DNA of 64,000 bases from the human T2T-CHM13v2.0 reference genome, Homo sapiens: assembly GCF_009914755.1 (NCBI RefSeq), contig NC_060929.1; one strand, given 5' to 3'. Every line of letters starts with the position of its first letter. The stretch's first letter is position 1. A program made the translations under genes and the position numbers. Shown one piece after another: positions 19,820-43,861 of the stretch. The notes under the pieces are model-generated. The model did no database searches, was not told the DNA's origin, and saw nothing but the letters and a program-made list of their open reading frames with translations.

Positions 19820-20630
19820 TGGCTATCTATTGCTATGTAGCAAATCATACTGAAATTTAGGGGCTTATAACAACCACAATCAACGTATGGTCTTATGATT
19901 CCCCTGTGAGGCATTTTGGAAGGGCTTGGCTGGGTGGATTTCTCTTACGCTTTCATTCAGACAGTGGCTACACCTGGAACAGTGGAGGGGCAGGCCAGAG
20001 GGGAGCTGGCTGAGCCTGTCTGCCTCTTCATGTCAGCTCAGGGCCTCGCTGTGTGGTTGGTCTGCATGAGTAGTGAAGGCTTCTTCATAGTGTGACTGCT
20101 CAAGGCCACTGGATCATCCACAAGCTGTTCTGGGCCACAGTAGGAGTGTCCAGGCAGCAGGGTGGAAGCTGCATCACCTTTTCCGATCACTGCCACTGTA
20201 GTCACAAGGTCTCTCAGGATTCATAGGGTGGGAACAGAGACCCCCACCCATCAATAGGAAACATGTCCAAGACACATTGTTAAGAAGAACATAAGAGCTG
20301 AGCATGGTAGTAATCCCAGAACTTTGGGAGGCTGAGGTGGGAGGATCACTTGAGTCCAGGAGTTTGAGACCAGCCTGGCCAACAGAGAGAGACCTCATCT
20401 CTACAAAAAATGAAAAAATTAGCCAGGTGTGGTGGTGCACGCCTGTGGTCCCAGCTATGTGGGAGGTTGAGGTGGGAGGACTACTTGAGCCTGAGAGGAT
20501 GAGGCTGTAGTGAGCCATGATTGTGCCACTGCACTCCAGCCTGGGCAACAGAGCAAGACTGTTAAGAAAAAATATATAAGAACGTAAGGGATGGGAGGTG
20601 ACATGACTGTGTTTGGAAAGCACAGCATGC
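19820..20630. mobile_element. MaLR (MLT1-like) LTR with an Alu inserted at 20297-20575 (+)
   Basis: gctatctattgctatgtagcaaatc... MLT1-type start; Alu consensus inside. Confidence 0.55.
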
Positions 20631-20639
20631 CACAGCGTG

Positions 20640-21144
20640 AGAGTGCAAGTGGCAGCAAGGAGTCCAGTGTGGCTTGAGTGGAGTGGGAGGAGTGGAAGGG
20701 GGTGAGCTCAGAGAGGCCGTATGCAGCTCTGTCAAGTTTGGGCTAGTAAACCAAGGTGTGGGCTTTTCATTTCATTCTAAATGAGATGGGAAGCTAATGA
20801 AAGCCTTTAAGAAGGGGTGTGATGTGATCTTATGTGTGTTTTAATAAACTTACTGGGGCTGCTGTGTCTGGAGAGAAGGATTGAAGGGGGCAAGAATGGA
20901 AGCAGGGAGACCAATAAGGAGTCTACTGCAGTCACGCTGGCCAGAGGTGATGGTGATGATGGAGGCTGTGGGATGGAGAGGAGTGGATGATTGCTGATAT
21001 ATTTTAGAGGGAGAATTATCAGTTTGCTGTTGGAATTGTTGGAGGATGGGAAGGTTGAGGGAAAGTCATCTGAAGAATGACAGTTTGCAGGACTGTGGCT
21101 TGAGTACCTAGGTTGATGGTGGTGCCATCAACCTGATGGGGTAA

Positions 21145-21183
<39 letters not shown>

Positions 21184-21290
21184 TCAGATTTCAGTTTGGA
21201 ATGTTAAGAGACTGGATTGCTGAGTAGGCCGTTGCATAGATGACAATGGGGGGAAGAGGTCTGAGCTGAAGATGCACAGTTTGGAATATC
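20640..21290. mobile_element. L2 fragment containing (TG)n at 21149-21180
   Basis: agcaaggagtccagtgtggc, atgggaagctaatgaaagcctttaag, gcagggagaccaataaggag motifs. Confidence 0.6.
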
Positions 21291-21489
21291 TTCCCCTAGT
21301 TTTGCCTGAAGGCTTTAAGTTGGACATATGCCTCTGATTTTCCTACAGTAGCAGATCTCTGGGCCGGTGGGAAGCTGACAGCAGATTGGACGGGGTGAGA
21401 TCAAGGGAGACTCATTTTTGGGAGCTCGGTGGCTCCATGGTGGGATCTAAGTGGTCTAAGTGAGATTCCCGTCTCAATACTATTTCACT

Positions 21490-24660
<3,171 letters not shown>

Positions 24661-26026
24661 ATTTTTTTAAAAAGAGAATAGAAGTTTGTTTGTCTGCAGG
24701 TGAAGTAGCTCAATTTGTAAATGTTTTAAAACAAAACATGTCTGTTTTCTTCCTAAACATGTCTAGGAAAGGGCTATGGGTTATCGGTTTTAATATATTA
24801 GCTTATATTATACTAAAAATCACAGATACTCAGCTATGTTTGACCTATAGAAACAGCAGCTTTTAAAATTGTAGGCAGTCAACCTAGTCACATATGTCTT
24901 TGGCTCAGTACAGAATCTATCTTTTTTTTTTTTTTTTGGTCTGGTAAAGTCCTATGAATTAGACAAGCCATCTTTAACTCACGCCTAATTAGGGAAACAT
25001 CTTCCCCAGGGACATACAACAGGAGTCCACTTAGGGGTATGGACTGTAAAGCTCAAAGGTCACTTGGTGCGCGGATCTCCAAAGCAGAGGCCTCCACAGA
25101 CATTTTACTTGAATTTCATATTTGAAATAACATTCAAGTAAGCACCATAATTAATGCAGTGTGAATCTTCAGATACGTTGCATGCTAAATATTAACATTT
25201 TGGAGATGGCTAGCACAGTTTCCTATACCTCTAACTAGGCTGGGTAGATGCTTGACACTAAAGTTTCTCCTCCTATCTCTGTGTGATTAAAGAGGATCCT
25301 GACATTGTAAAGCAAGCTTTTAAGTACTGCTAGCCTTTTAAGTACTGCTATTCTTTGCGACCTGGGATTTTCATAATATTTGGAACAACAACAACAAAAG
25401 ATGAGACTAAGTTCAGTACTGAAGTTGAGACATGACTGCTTCTGTTTCTAGTTTCTTATCTAGTTTCTTATTCTTTTTGACCTGTAAAGCAACGTCATTA
25501 TTCTCAATGAATGACCTGATAAGTAAGTGTGGTAGAGTAAGTATACAGTGCCATTTTCCTTTTCCAGCAGAGGAAGATTACATTTCCCAGACTACCTTGC
25601 ATTTGAATGGAGGCCTGTGCCTGGATACTGAGGGCGCCTGGGATGTGGATGGAAGTGGTGTATGTTCTTTTGGAGAAATTCCAGGGCTTTATTTTCCCTA
25701 AAGCCTGGCTCTATGCTGGGTTTCCTCCATCTCCCTAGATTAATAAGTTTGGGTAATGATTTTTGGTCATTTTTTCCTTCAAACGGTTGCCAGAAGCAAT
25801 ACTAGAAGAGCAGGTCATTGGATACATGAAATAACATTAACATTCATAGGAGAACTTTTCAGCCATAGGCAAATCTCCAGCAGCCCGGAGAAACAAGACA
25901 TTAGAAAGTCCAAAAACTCACAGTAGTGGCAAAATCAGTTTAGTGAAAAAAAAACAAAAAACAAACAAACAAAAAAAACAGTAATAATACTGACAAAAAG
26001 AGTTGTCATTTAGAAACAGAATCCAG

Positions 26027-26329
26027 TTTTGTTTTTGTTTTTGAGACAGAGTCTCTCTCTGTCGCCAAGGCTGGCGATCGCGCAGTGGTGAGATCTCGGC
26101 TCACTGAAACCTCTGCCTCCCCAGGTTCATGCGATTCTCTTGCTTCAGCCTCCCAAGTAACCAGGACTACAGGAACAAACCACCATGCCTGGCTAATTTT
26201 TGTATTTTTAGTAGAGATGGGGTTTCATTGTATTGGCCAGGCTGGTCTCAAACTCCTGACCTCAGGTGATCCACCTGCCTCAGCCTCCCAAAGTGCTGGG
26301 ATTACAGGTGTGAGCCACCGTGCCCGGCC
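26027..26329 (-). mobile_element. Alu
   Basis: Alu consensus; TSD tagaaacagaatcc. Confidence 0.95.
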
Positions 26330-27927
26330 AGTAGAAACAGAATCCGGGTTTTGAAAAGAAATCAGGACTGAGACAAGACAGATCCCAGTCCTGTAAGATT
26401 TGGATTATGAGAAAGGGAACTGGGGCAAAGTCTCACACTCAGGAGAGAGAAGCATCTTAGTCACTTCCACTGGTCTGCAAGGTGGGTGCTTGGAGATAAG
26501 AAATGTACCAAAAACTCAGTTATTAGAACAAAAGCTGCTTTAGTAGGCCCATTGATCTAGGTTAGTGGGCAATCTGAAGAGATGGGGATACAGCCAGGAT
26601 GACCCATAGTGCCCCTAAAGGATTATTGGACTAAGGAAATTTCCAATTTCCAAAGTTTAGAAATCCACTCTCTTTATAACAGATATCTTCAGATGTACTT
26701 GGATGTAAAGGGTGAGGACAAAGATGCTGTTTGTTCCCATAGGCCTGCTTACAGAGTCTCCCCAGAGGGGGTTGAAGTGAAAGAAGCTCTTGCTCAAAAA
26801 CCTGGTGGAGGAGGTACGAGATGCCAGCCCTCAGGGAAATGTGAAACATGCAGGTATGAGTGGTCCATGCTTAGGAATGTTAGAACAGAGGAGGCCAACC
26901 AGGGGTGCCAGCTAGAGATGAGCTCTCTGGAATGGTGTTCAGTCATGTGGAAATCACACCAGATTGGGACTTAAGGTGGAGTCTGGCAGTGGTAGGATAG
27001 AATACTTTAAAAGTGGAGGGTGCCAGGTGAATGAATCAGGGATCCAAGGGGTGGGTCACATTTGGTGAGAGCTTGATGTCACGAGACAGTGTAGGGTCAG
27101 GTGAGGCCATCACTTTTCTTTACTCTGTTGACACTAAAAGGCAAGAATGAAAGGCTGGGAATCAGTTCTTACCATCATTTCTCTGGGCTACAGCAGTCGT
27201 TCATTATTCATGAATAATATGTCTTTTTCATTGAATTCATGGGTCTCTGTGTTCTTTTCTGTCATTCATTTAAAGTAGATAAAAATATTTTCTGTTGATT
27301 CTTTGAAAATTTCAAATAAAGTGCCTTTGATATGTGATCCTCAATGATCTTTCAGTCATTCTCTGCTTAATAAGGGTGCTGATTCTCAAAACTCGAGATG
27401 CAATTTGCTCCAGCAGGTAGGATTCTGGTCTCCAAGGTCAGAGTGAGTTTTTGGAATCTGCTGAGAGAGTTTTGCAGGATGAGAATTGCTTTCCAGATTA
27501 ACCCTGACACAAAGGCTTGGCCCAAAGACCAAGACTCCATATGGGAAGGTAACTGAGAAGCAAGTATTGTGGGATTCTGTTCTGCTGCAAGTACCCTGAA
27601 CTTTCTTAATTATCCAATCCAGAATCTCAGACACCAGAGATTTTGAGACAGAGTCCTCTCTCTATACAGCCTCTGGATTTGACTGTGGGCTTTGAAACAA
27701 AGCTCTAGTTGCCATTCTGACTCCTCCTCATTCTATCCTGTTCCCCTAGAAGGGTGATGTTCTGCTGTACCTTGTGCGTTCCCCTTTGAGGCATCTCTGT
27801 AAATGATTTAGTAAAGTGGGAAGAGGAACAGACAACAAGAATCAGTTCATTTTGGAGGCTAAGTCTAGGGATCACCTACCCAATATTGATAGAAGCAGAT
27901 TCCTCTGGAGGGAGTGGAGAAACAGAG

Positions 27928-28512
27928 TGTAGAAAATTAAATAAATACAGGTTCCTCTTCAAAGGGACTTTCCTCCCAGTCTAATTAAGAATAGATAGTA
28001 ACCTCTCTTAGAAGCAAAATTTACTCAGAGACCTGTGCTGATATTCTTAAATTCTGTTAGCCGTAATAAAGAAATCAATATACTCTGTTCTTAGCTCTTA
28101 CATTTTAGCCTAGATATTTGCCCTGGCATGCCTGAACCAGTCCAAGCAAGCATTAGGTCACAGCCTACTCCTTTTCCTTATTTGGAAGTGTTTTTGCCTC
28201 TCTCAGCATTTCATAAGTTACTTCCTCTCTTCCTTTGTTCTTCTCTGCGTTTGCCTCTTTTGAGAAGTTCTAAGTTGCTAGCCATTCGGGTAGAGTACAG
28301 AATGTGAGGTCCTGTTCCAGCCAGTGGAAACTGGACACAGCAGAAGGGTGGACACTTCAGGTTATAAATGACCCTGTCTCCTTTGTTCGTGTGTGCTCTC
28401 ATGGCGAGACTGCTAGCGAGCGGCACCCTTTCTGCAGAAAGTAAACTAGCCTTGCAGAGAGATACTTTGTCTCAGTGTTGATTTTTGTGATACCAAGCAT
28501 CGGTTCCCAACA
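27928..28512 (+). mobile_element. ERV1 solo LTR, LTR10 (HERV-I)-like
   Basis: TG...CA termini, 5-bp TSD CAGAG (27923-27927, 28513-28517); family from recalled resemblance. Confidence 0.75.
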
Positions 28513-29296
28513 CAGAGGATCCCCACATGACAAATGAGCTGGAAAGTAGAAAAATGTCCCATAAAGTCAAGCTTGAACTCACTCATGGGCTACTAGAGTT
28601 TCTCAGAAGAAAGAGAGATTTCTCCATCATCTGAACCACACACCTGCCTCAGGCACCTGGGCACTGAGAATGTTCATTAGCTGAGTTCCTGACTTGGATC
28701 ACATAGCTATGGAACAGTCACTATGGTCTTTTGAGGTTCGTGGAGGGGACACAAAGAAGAAAGAGCCTGCACCTAAAAGCACCTCTCTTACCCTCCAGCC
28801 TAGCAGATCTCACCACCCATCATGGACCATCTGCACCCCTCCACTCTTCTCTGAGCCTTGCTATTTTCTAACTCCAACCTTTCAGCACATAATATATATT
28901 TTAGTGCAATTCTCTACTTATTCGTATAACCAGAGCTCGATTCAGCTTTAGCCCTTAAAAATTGTCAGCTTTGATCCTACTAATTTTATAGCTTTGAAAG
29001 TCTGGAGTTATTCCAGGAATTTTTGTTAATTCCTGGGGAATTATACTCTCATCCTGCTTTGTTTTCAACTCTGGCTTCTGTTTTTGCCTTGCGTAAAGCA
29101 GACATAGAGTTCAGCCACGGCTTTCAGGTTCTCCCCAAAACATCCACTTTTACAAGAAAGCTTTAGTGACCAATGTGGCCTCTGTTAAAGATACTTTAAG
29201 ATTGGCAAAAAGGGAGAGAGGTCCCCATGGCAAGTATTTTTTTAAGAAAGTTTTAAAAATTTTGTGGCAAAATATACATAACAAAAATTTACCACC

Positions 29297-30838
29297 TGTG
29301 ATACTGTGATTTATAATAAGAAATATATATTTTAGACTTTGTCCCCAGTTCCTGGCACAGAGCTCCTTAAACCCTGGTAATTTCCTGAGCAATAGAGGTG
29401 CTAGGAGAATCTTTTGTTGTAACAGTTGGTCTTTGGCATCAGTCTCTGACAGAGCTCTTAATCCCTTAAACATTCCTGGGTGATAGGGGTGTCTTTTGTT
29501 TTAATGAGGTGACTCTTGATGGGCTCCTATACAGAGGTTGGTCACCAGAAAGATTAGGGGATGATTAGAAGCTTGAAATTTTCATCCCCACCACCCATTC
29601 TCTGGGAAGCAGGGAGGGACTGGAGACTGTTAATAATGGATCGTGCCTATGTGATGAAGTGAGATAGAGGGCTAGCCTGATTAAGCCCACCAAATGTAAC
29701 CTGCCTTGCTTGCTTTTCATCGCTGACTTCTGGTTGACCTGAAAACCTATATAGCTAAAAATCACATAGCCAAACAATATCTTAGTAAACTCCCACTAGC
29801 TCCTTACGGATAACGTTTCTAATATACATGTCACTATGGTAATGGCTGCTTAAAGTTGTTTCTCAGGAGCTAGGGGGAAGCTCTTGTCCAGTTTGAACCA
29901 GTTGAGACCACTGACCCTTCGGCTGGGCCTGCACAAGTGTGCGAGATGTCAAAGGGCCAAAAATTCCTCCCTCAGCTCATGCTAACACTGCCATTTTCTG
30001 AATATGTGTCCTCTAAACTGCCAAGAACCCTGGCTATGCTTGTGCAGACCACCGATTTCCTCATTTTTCCCACCTCCAGTCACCTTTCCCCATGCCTTAG
30101 ACCACCCCACTTCTTTATCCCATGAATGTCCTCGAGCCCTGTATTCAGGGAGGTAGATTCCAGAGCTGTTCTCCCATCCCCTCGCTGGGCCGCCCTGCAA
30201 ATAAAGTGTTTTCTCTATGGCAAAACTTGTCATTTCAGTGATTGGCTTACTGAACAAGGGGGAAGAGTAAGCCTGGTTCGGTATCCGAAGCCTCTATAAA
30301 AATCCCTGAATTAAAAGAGTTCAGAGAGCTTCCAGGTTGGTGAATGTATCCACATGCTGGGAGGGTGGTGCACCTCAACTCCATGGGGACAGACTCTTGT
30401 TCTCGGGACCCTTCCAGACCTTGCCCTATGTCTCTCTTCATATGGCTATTTATTCGTGTCCTTTATCACACATCGTTTATTATAAGATAAGCCCGTAAAT
30501 GTGGGTAAGTGTTTTTCTGAATTCTATGAGCTGTCTTAGCAAATTATTGAACCTGAGGATGGGACTGTGGAAGCCCAGATTTTATAGCCAGCTGGTCAGA
30601 AGTACAGGTGACAATGTGGGACTTGTGATTGGCATCTGAAGTGGAGCAGTCTTGTGGGACTGTGTCCTTAACCCTTGGGGTTTGTGCTAACTCTTTAGTG
30701 TCAGAATTAAATTGAATGGTAGGTATCAGAGAATTGGTTCGTGTTGGAGAATTGATTGTTGGGGGGAACCCCCACCCCTATATATCTGCTGACAGAAATG
30801 AAGCATTAAGAGGAAAAACAGTTGATTTTTCCTTATTT
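29297..30838 (+). mobile_element. MER21-like LTR inserted in an L1 3' end
   Basis: tgtgatactgtgatttataataagaaatat...cctggcacagagctcc start; L1 sequence resumes after about 30838. Confidence 0.7.
29660..30286 (+). mobile_element. ERV1 LTR nested in the MER21-like LTR
   Basis: TG start, 4-bp TSD GAAG (29656-29659, 30287-30290), AATAAA at about 30199. Confidence 0.7.
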
Positions 30839-30839
30839 A

Positions 30840-33620
<2,781 letters not shown>

Positions 33621-34216
33621 ATACAGTTTATAATAAAGTAATACCTGTCTGTATTTTTAAAATTGGAAAATACAGAAAGGAAGAAGGAAATAAACAGCCA
33701 TTATCCAATCACAATTATGTTTTACATTTTGGTGTCTTTCCATTTAGCTGGTTTTCTATCCTTTTTAAAAACCGAGCTGCAAAGTAACATTTATATATCC
33801 TGTCATATGAACCTCCCTTTACTGTTTTGAGGATTTTGATGGCTATATGACATTTAATTAAGTGGACATGCTATGGTTTACATAACCATTACTTTGCAAT
33901 AGGAGGACTTTTAGGTTGCTTCTAATTTATCACTGTTAACTAATACTGTAGGGAATAATTTTGTACATGAAATTTTTCTATGTTTAAAATTGTTTCCCTA
34001 ATACAAGGTTTATTAATTATAAAAACAGTTCCAACAATTTAGAATTGTGAAAACCGAAAGTGTTTCCTTCTCCCCTTGTCTTTTTCTTCAGTGGTAACCA
34101 CTGTTAACAATTTAGTATGTATTTTTTTTCTTAGTTTTAAAATTGTCATAAAATACACACAACATAAGTTTTACCATCTTAACCATTTTTAAGTGTACAG
34201 TTAAGTGGTGTTAAGT

Positions 34217-35740
34217 TGTGAATCCAAAGTATTTGAGACAGATCTCAATCAACGTGGAAAGTTTATTTTGCCAAGGTTAAACAGCCTCAGCAAGTTCCGA
34301 CAATGATGCAGGATTTTTCTCCGCCCCTTTGCTGGACTCACGGCAGGGGTGCCCCATCTACTTGGCCTGCCGCACTCAGCCCTCTTGTGGGAGGGAGTAC
34401 GTGAGTGGGTGAGTGAATGCGGGATCCGGCTGGCTGCTCTGGGTGCTGATACGGGAGCAAGCTCTACGCAGCACCCATGGCCAGACCAGGCATGTTGCCT
34501 TGAGGGGAATGCCGTGGCACCCAGACAAGGGTGCCTGTGACCCTGAAGCCCCAGAGGCTGTGTTCATGTGCTAATTAGCTCTTTTAGTTCTGCTGCCCAC
34601 AGCCTGATGGACCACAGATTGTTAGCGGCTCAGTCGGCCCCTGGCCCTGTTGCGTGGGGTGGCTGCACTCTGCCAGCGAGGGCAAAGGGCCAGTGTGACA
34701 ACCCTTCTGGGTACCCACACTTGGTGGGGCCTGAGCTCTTATCCAGCGTCCAAGAAGAATGAGGTCACACTTGCCGATTGAAGGACGGTGGGGGCAGAGA
34801 ATTTTATTGAGTGATGAAAACAGCTCTCAGCGGAGAGGGGAGTTGGAGAGGGGATGGGAAGGGCCGCTCGTTGTCTTCCCCTGAAGTCAGGAGGTCTTTG
34901 TCCCGAAGTCAGGCCATTTCTTCCCTGAAGTCAGGCTGTCTCCTCCCCAAAGTCAGGCCATCTCCCCTCTACTGACTGAGTCTGGGGTCTTTAGAGACAC
35001 ATGATGGGGGTGGCACAGGCTGTAGGTAGTACAGGAAAAAGCAACATTTGTTTGGTTAAAAGGCATTATTCAGAAAGATCCAATTGGGAGAGAGCAGGCA
35101 AACAGGAATAGAAGGTCTCACTCTGCTCTGTGAGTTTCAGGCTGTTTTGGGCTGGAAGGTGGGGTTTCACCAGGGACCCACCCTATCTGACTATGATTTC
35201 TCTGCCTCCTGTCTCTATTAATAATGTGCCCAAGGTGGTTGGGGCATGGCCTAGTTTTATACATTTTAGGGAGACATGAGATATCAATAAAGTACATGTA
35301 AAATGTACATTGGTTCAGTCTGGAAAGGCCAGACAACTTGAAGGAGGGGGCGCTTCCAGGTTATAGGTAGATTAAAAAAATTTCTATTTGGCAATTGGTC
35401 GAAAGAGTTATGTTATTATCTAAAGACCTGGAATCAGTAGAAAGGAACCTCTGGGTTGTGATGATTAGGAGTTGTGGAGACCAAAGTTTTATCATGCAGA
35501 TGAAGCTTCCAGGTACCAGGCTTCAGAGAGAACAGATTGTAAATGTTTTTCATCAGACTTCAACAGCCTGTTCTATTCAGTAATTTTGAAAGGGAAGAGG
35601 GCATAATGAGACATGTCTGCTCCCTGCCTCCCATTATGGTCAGAACCAGTCCCCCTGGTTAGCCTTGGAATGCTCTTGCCAAGAGAAGTCCATTCAGATG
35701 GTGGGGCAGGAGGTGGTTAGAATTTTATTTTTGGTTTACA
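34217..35740 (-). mobile_element. MER4-like LTR inserted in an L1 3' end
   Basis: TG...CA termini, 4-bp TSD AAGT (34213-34216, 35741-35744); MER4-type gtttattttgccaaggttaa. Confidence 0.75.
34304..35220 (-). mobile_element. LTR28/MER52-like ERV1 LTR nested in the MER4-like LTR
   Basis: GC-rich block with internal ccctgaagtcagg repeats; imperfect TSD acaa/ataa; MER4 sequence resumes at tgtgcccaaggtgg. Confidence 0.7.
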
Positions 35741-39960
<4,220 letters not shown>

Positions 39961-40097
39961 TTGAAAAAACAGCCACCTGTCCTAAGGGACCTAAAATCTC
40001 CCCTTTCTACCTATGCAGTGCTCCACTCTGCTGGTTTGTGCTGCTCTGTCTTGGTATTCCCCCAAATATTTTAAATTATTTTTTTCATTTTCATGTA

Positions 40098-40392
40098 ATT
40101 TTTTATTTTTTGAAATGGAGTCTCACTCTGTCACCCAGGCTGGAGTGCAGTGGCACGATCTCGGCTTACTGCAACCTCCGCCTTTTGGGTTCAAGCAATT
40201 CTCCTGCCTCAGCCTCCTAGTAGCTGGAACTATATGCATGTACCACCACGCCTGGCTAATTTTTGTATTTTTAGTAGAGATGGGGTTTCACTATGTTGGC
40301 CAGGCTGGTCTCGAACTCCTGATCTCAGGTGATCTGCCTGCCTCAGCCTCCCAAAATGCTGGGATTACAGGCATGAACCACCATACCCGGCC
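40098..40392 (-). mobile_element. Alu
   Basis: Alu consensus. Confidence 0.95.
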
Positions 40393-40656
40393 TATTCTTT
40401 TCATTTTCATACAGAGCAACTCAACTCTCCCATGACCATACCCAATCTAAACACTTAAACCCATCTTTATATGGAGAATCGGTGAGGCCTCTGTTTTGCA
40501 TATCCAAACACTTAAGGGAGCAGTAGGAATTCTGTAGAGCAATATTTTTTGTTTGTTTTGAATTACATCTATGGATATTTCCTCTATAAATGGTTTCCTA
40601 ATTTTTCCCTTTTTAGTTTTTTCACCAAAATTCTTATTGGCCTCTCAATAACTCTT

Positions 40657-40951
40657 ATTGTTGTTGTTGTCAAGACAGAGTCTTGTTCTGTCCTCCAACC
40701 TGGAGTGCAGTGGCATGATCTCGACTCACTGCAACCTCCATCTCCTGGATTCATTCGATTCTCTTGCCTCAGCCTCCTGAGTAGCTGGGACTACAGTTGC
40801 GCATCACCATGCCCAGCTAATTTTTGTATTTTTAGTAGAGACAGGGTTTCACCATGTTGGCCAGGGTGGTCTCAAAATCCTTACATCAGGTGGTCTACCC
40901 GCCTCAGCCTCCAAGGTGCTGGGATTACAGGTGTGAGCCACCACACCAGCT
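40657..40951 (-). mobile_element. Alu
   Basis: Alu consensus. Confidence 0.95.
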
Positions 40952-41935
40952 TAAATAATTCTTAAAATTAGTAATTTTTGGTAAAATTTTTAAATATATT
41001 TTGTATAAGTTTATATCTAGGTATTTTATCATATAAACATTTAAATATATGAATATATATTTATATTTTAAAATCACATATATATGACTAAAGCAGAACA
41101 TATATATATCTGCTTTAGTTCTGAATATTAGTCTGGTATATAATTAAGTTGTAACATTATCAGCTTTGTGATATAAAATTTTAAGCTGCTGAAATGAAAC
41201 TCTATCCTTTCTTTAGTTTGATTTCTTCACTTACCTGATAATTCTAATTATCTTCCAGTTGTTCTGCTTCTCTGGCTGAACCCTGACGGATACATACCCA
41301 TATGTTGAGGCTTTGCCAGAGGTGACAAGTCTGTTTTCTTTTACAACATCAGCTTCTCTAAAGTCCTCTGACCCCCAAAGGACTTATACTTCAAGACTCC
41401 CCTACTCTTCTTTCACTGTAAGATTTTTCCCCTGTCCCTCTACACATCCTGTCATCTCTGGCATTACTATTTATGGCCTGATTCTGCCTTGAATGACCCT
41501 GAAGTCCCCAAGACTCACATGTGTAAAAAATTTCTTAGTTTGATTTTGATCAGCTCCTAAGAGAGAATTTCTAGGTGAGAGAAGGAACTGTAAAAACGGT
41601 CCATCAACTGCATTCTTCAAAAATGTTGATGTCATAATAGGCACAGAAATGCTGGGGAACCTTTATAGATTCAAGGAGACTAAGGACATATAATAACTAA
41701 ATATAGTATGAGGTTCTAGACTGGAACATGTACTGAAAGAAAAGAATGCTATAAAGAACATTTCTGGCTAAATTGACACAAATGAAATACAGACAGTAGA
41801 TTAAATAAAATTCCATGTTTCTGTTCAATTTACCAACATCGATAACTATACTGGGGGTAGGAAACAGAACATCCTATTTCTTAGGAAATACTGAAATATT
41901 TAGGGGTAAAGGGTAAGATGTATGCAACTTACAAT

Positions 41936-42578
<643 letters not shown>

Positions 42579-42639
42579 AATTGCCAAATGTTTAGACAAA
42601 AGAGTAGTAACGTAGATATATGTAGAGAAAGCAAATGGA

Positions 42640-42955
42640 GGCTGGGCACAGTGACTCAGGCCTGTAATCTCAGCACTTTGGGAGGCCAAGGCGGGTGAGG
42701 CCAGGAGTTTGAGACCAGCCTGGCCAACATGGAGAAACTCCATCTCTACAAAACATACAAAAAATTAGCGGGTGTGGGGGTGCACGCCTGTAATCCCAGC
42801 TACTCAGGTGGCTGAGACATGAGAATCGCTTGAACCTGGGAAGCGGAGGTTGCAGTAAGCCAAGATCGCGCCACTGCACTCCAGCCTGGGTGACAGAGTA
42901 AGACTGTGTCTCAAAAAAATAAATAAATAAAAATAAAACTAAAAAAAGAAAAAAA
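42640..42955 (+). mobile_element. Alu
   Basis: Alu consensus. Confidence 0.95.
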
Positions 42956-43174
42956 GTGGAACAAAATGCTACAATTTGGTGAATCTGTGTCACAGGAATA
43001 GCAGTGCTTTTTAGTATTCTTGCAACTTTTCTGTAAATTTGAATTTTTCCAAATAAAAAGTTTTAAAAAATGGCCCATGACTCTGTTCCCCTCAATTTTA
43101 TCTCCCCTTTGAGAGACTCTGACTTTAGTCTCAACATTGCCCCCAGATGTGTGCTAGTCCAACTTGAAATGTTA

Positions 43175-43605
<431 letters not shown>

Positions 43606-43830
43606 ACATTACATACAAAAATACAAAATGAATGCAGAAATACAAAGAATCACATTTACGTGATTTCAGATACTGAGAATCAGAGTGTAGATTTTAGAGT
43701 CAGTAACATCTGAGTTCTAACCTTTGCTCTGTCACATGATAGTCATGTGACCTGGACCAGGACATTTTACCTCTTTCTACTTCAGTTTTTGTATCTTGGC
43801 AGGGACTTGTAAATCCTCAGTGTATGCAGC

Positions 43831-43861
<31 letters not shown>

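Noticed and set aside
26609-26974. 121-aa ORF in unique-looking DNA
   Set aside because: GTG start, no recognisable motif or splice support; length within chance expectation
25140-28650. KRAB zinc-finger remnant
   Set aside because: Only one KIHT-like word and a vague exon-like end; no C2H2 array or TGEKPY linkers
34870-34965. Spaced short repeats (ccctgaagtcagg) resembling an array
   Set aside because: Internal tandem repeats of the LTR; not a CRISPR-like repeat-spacer array, no cas genes, and the DNA is eukaryotic
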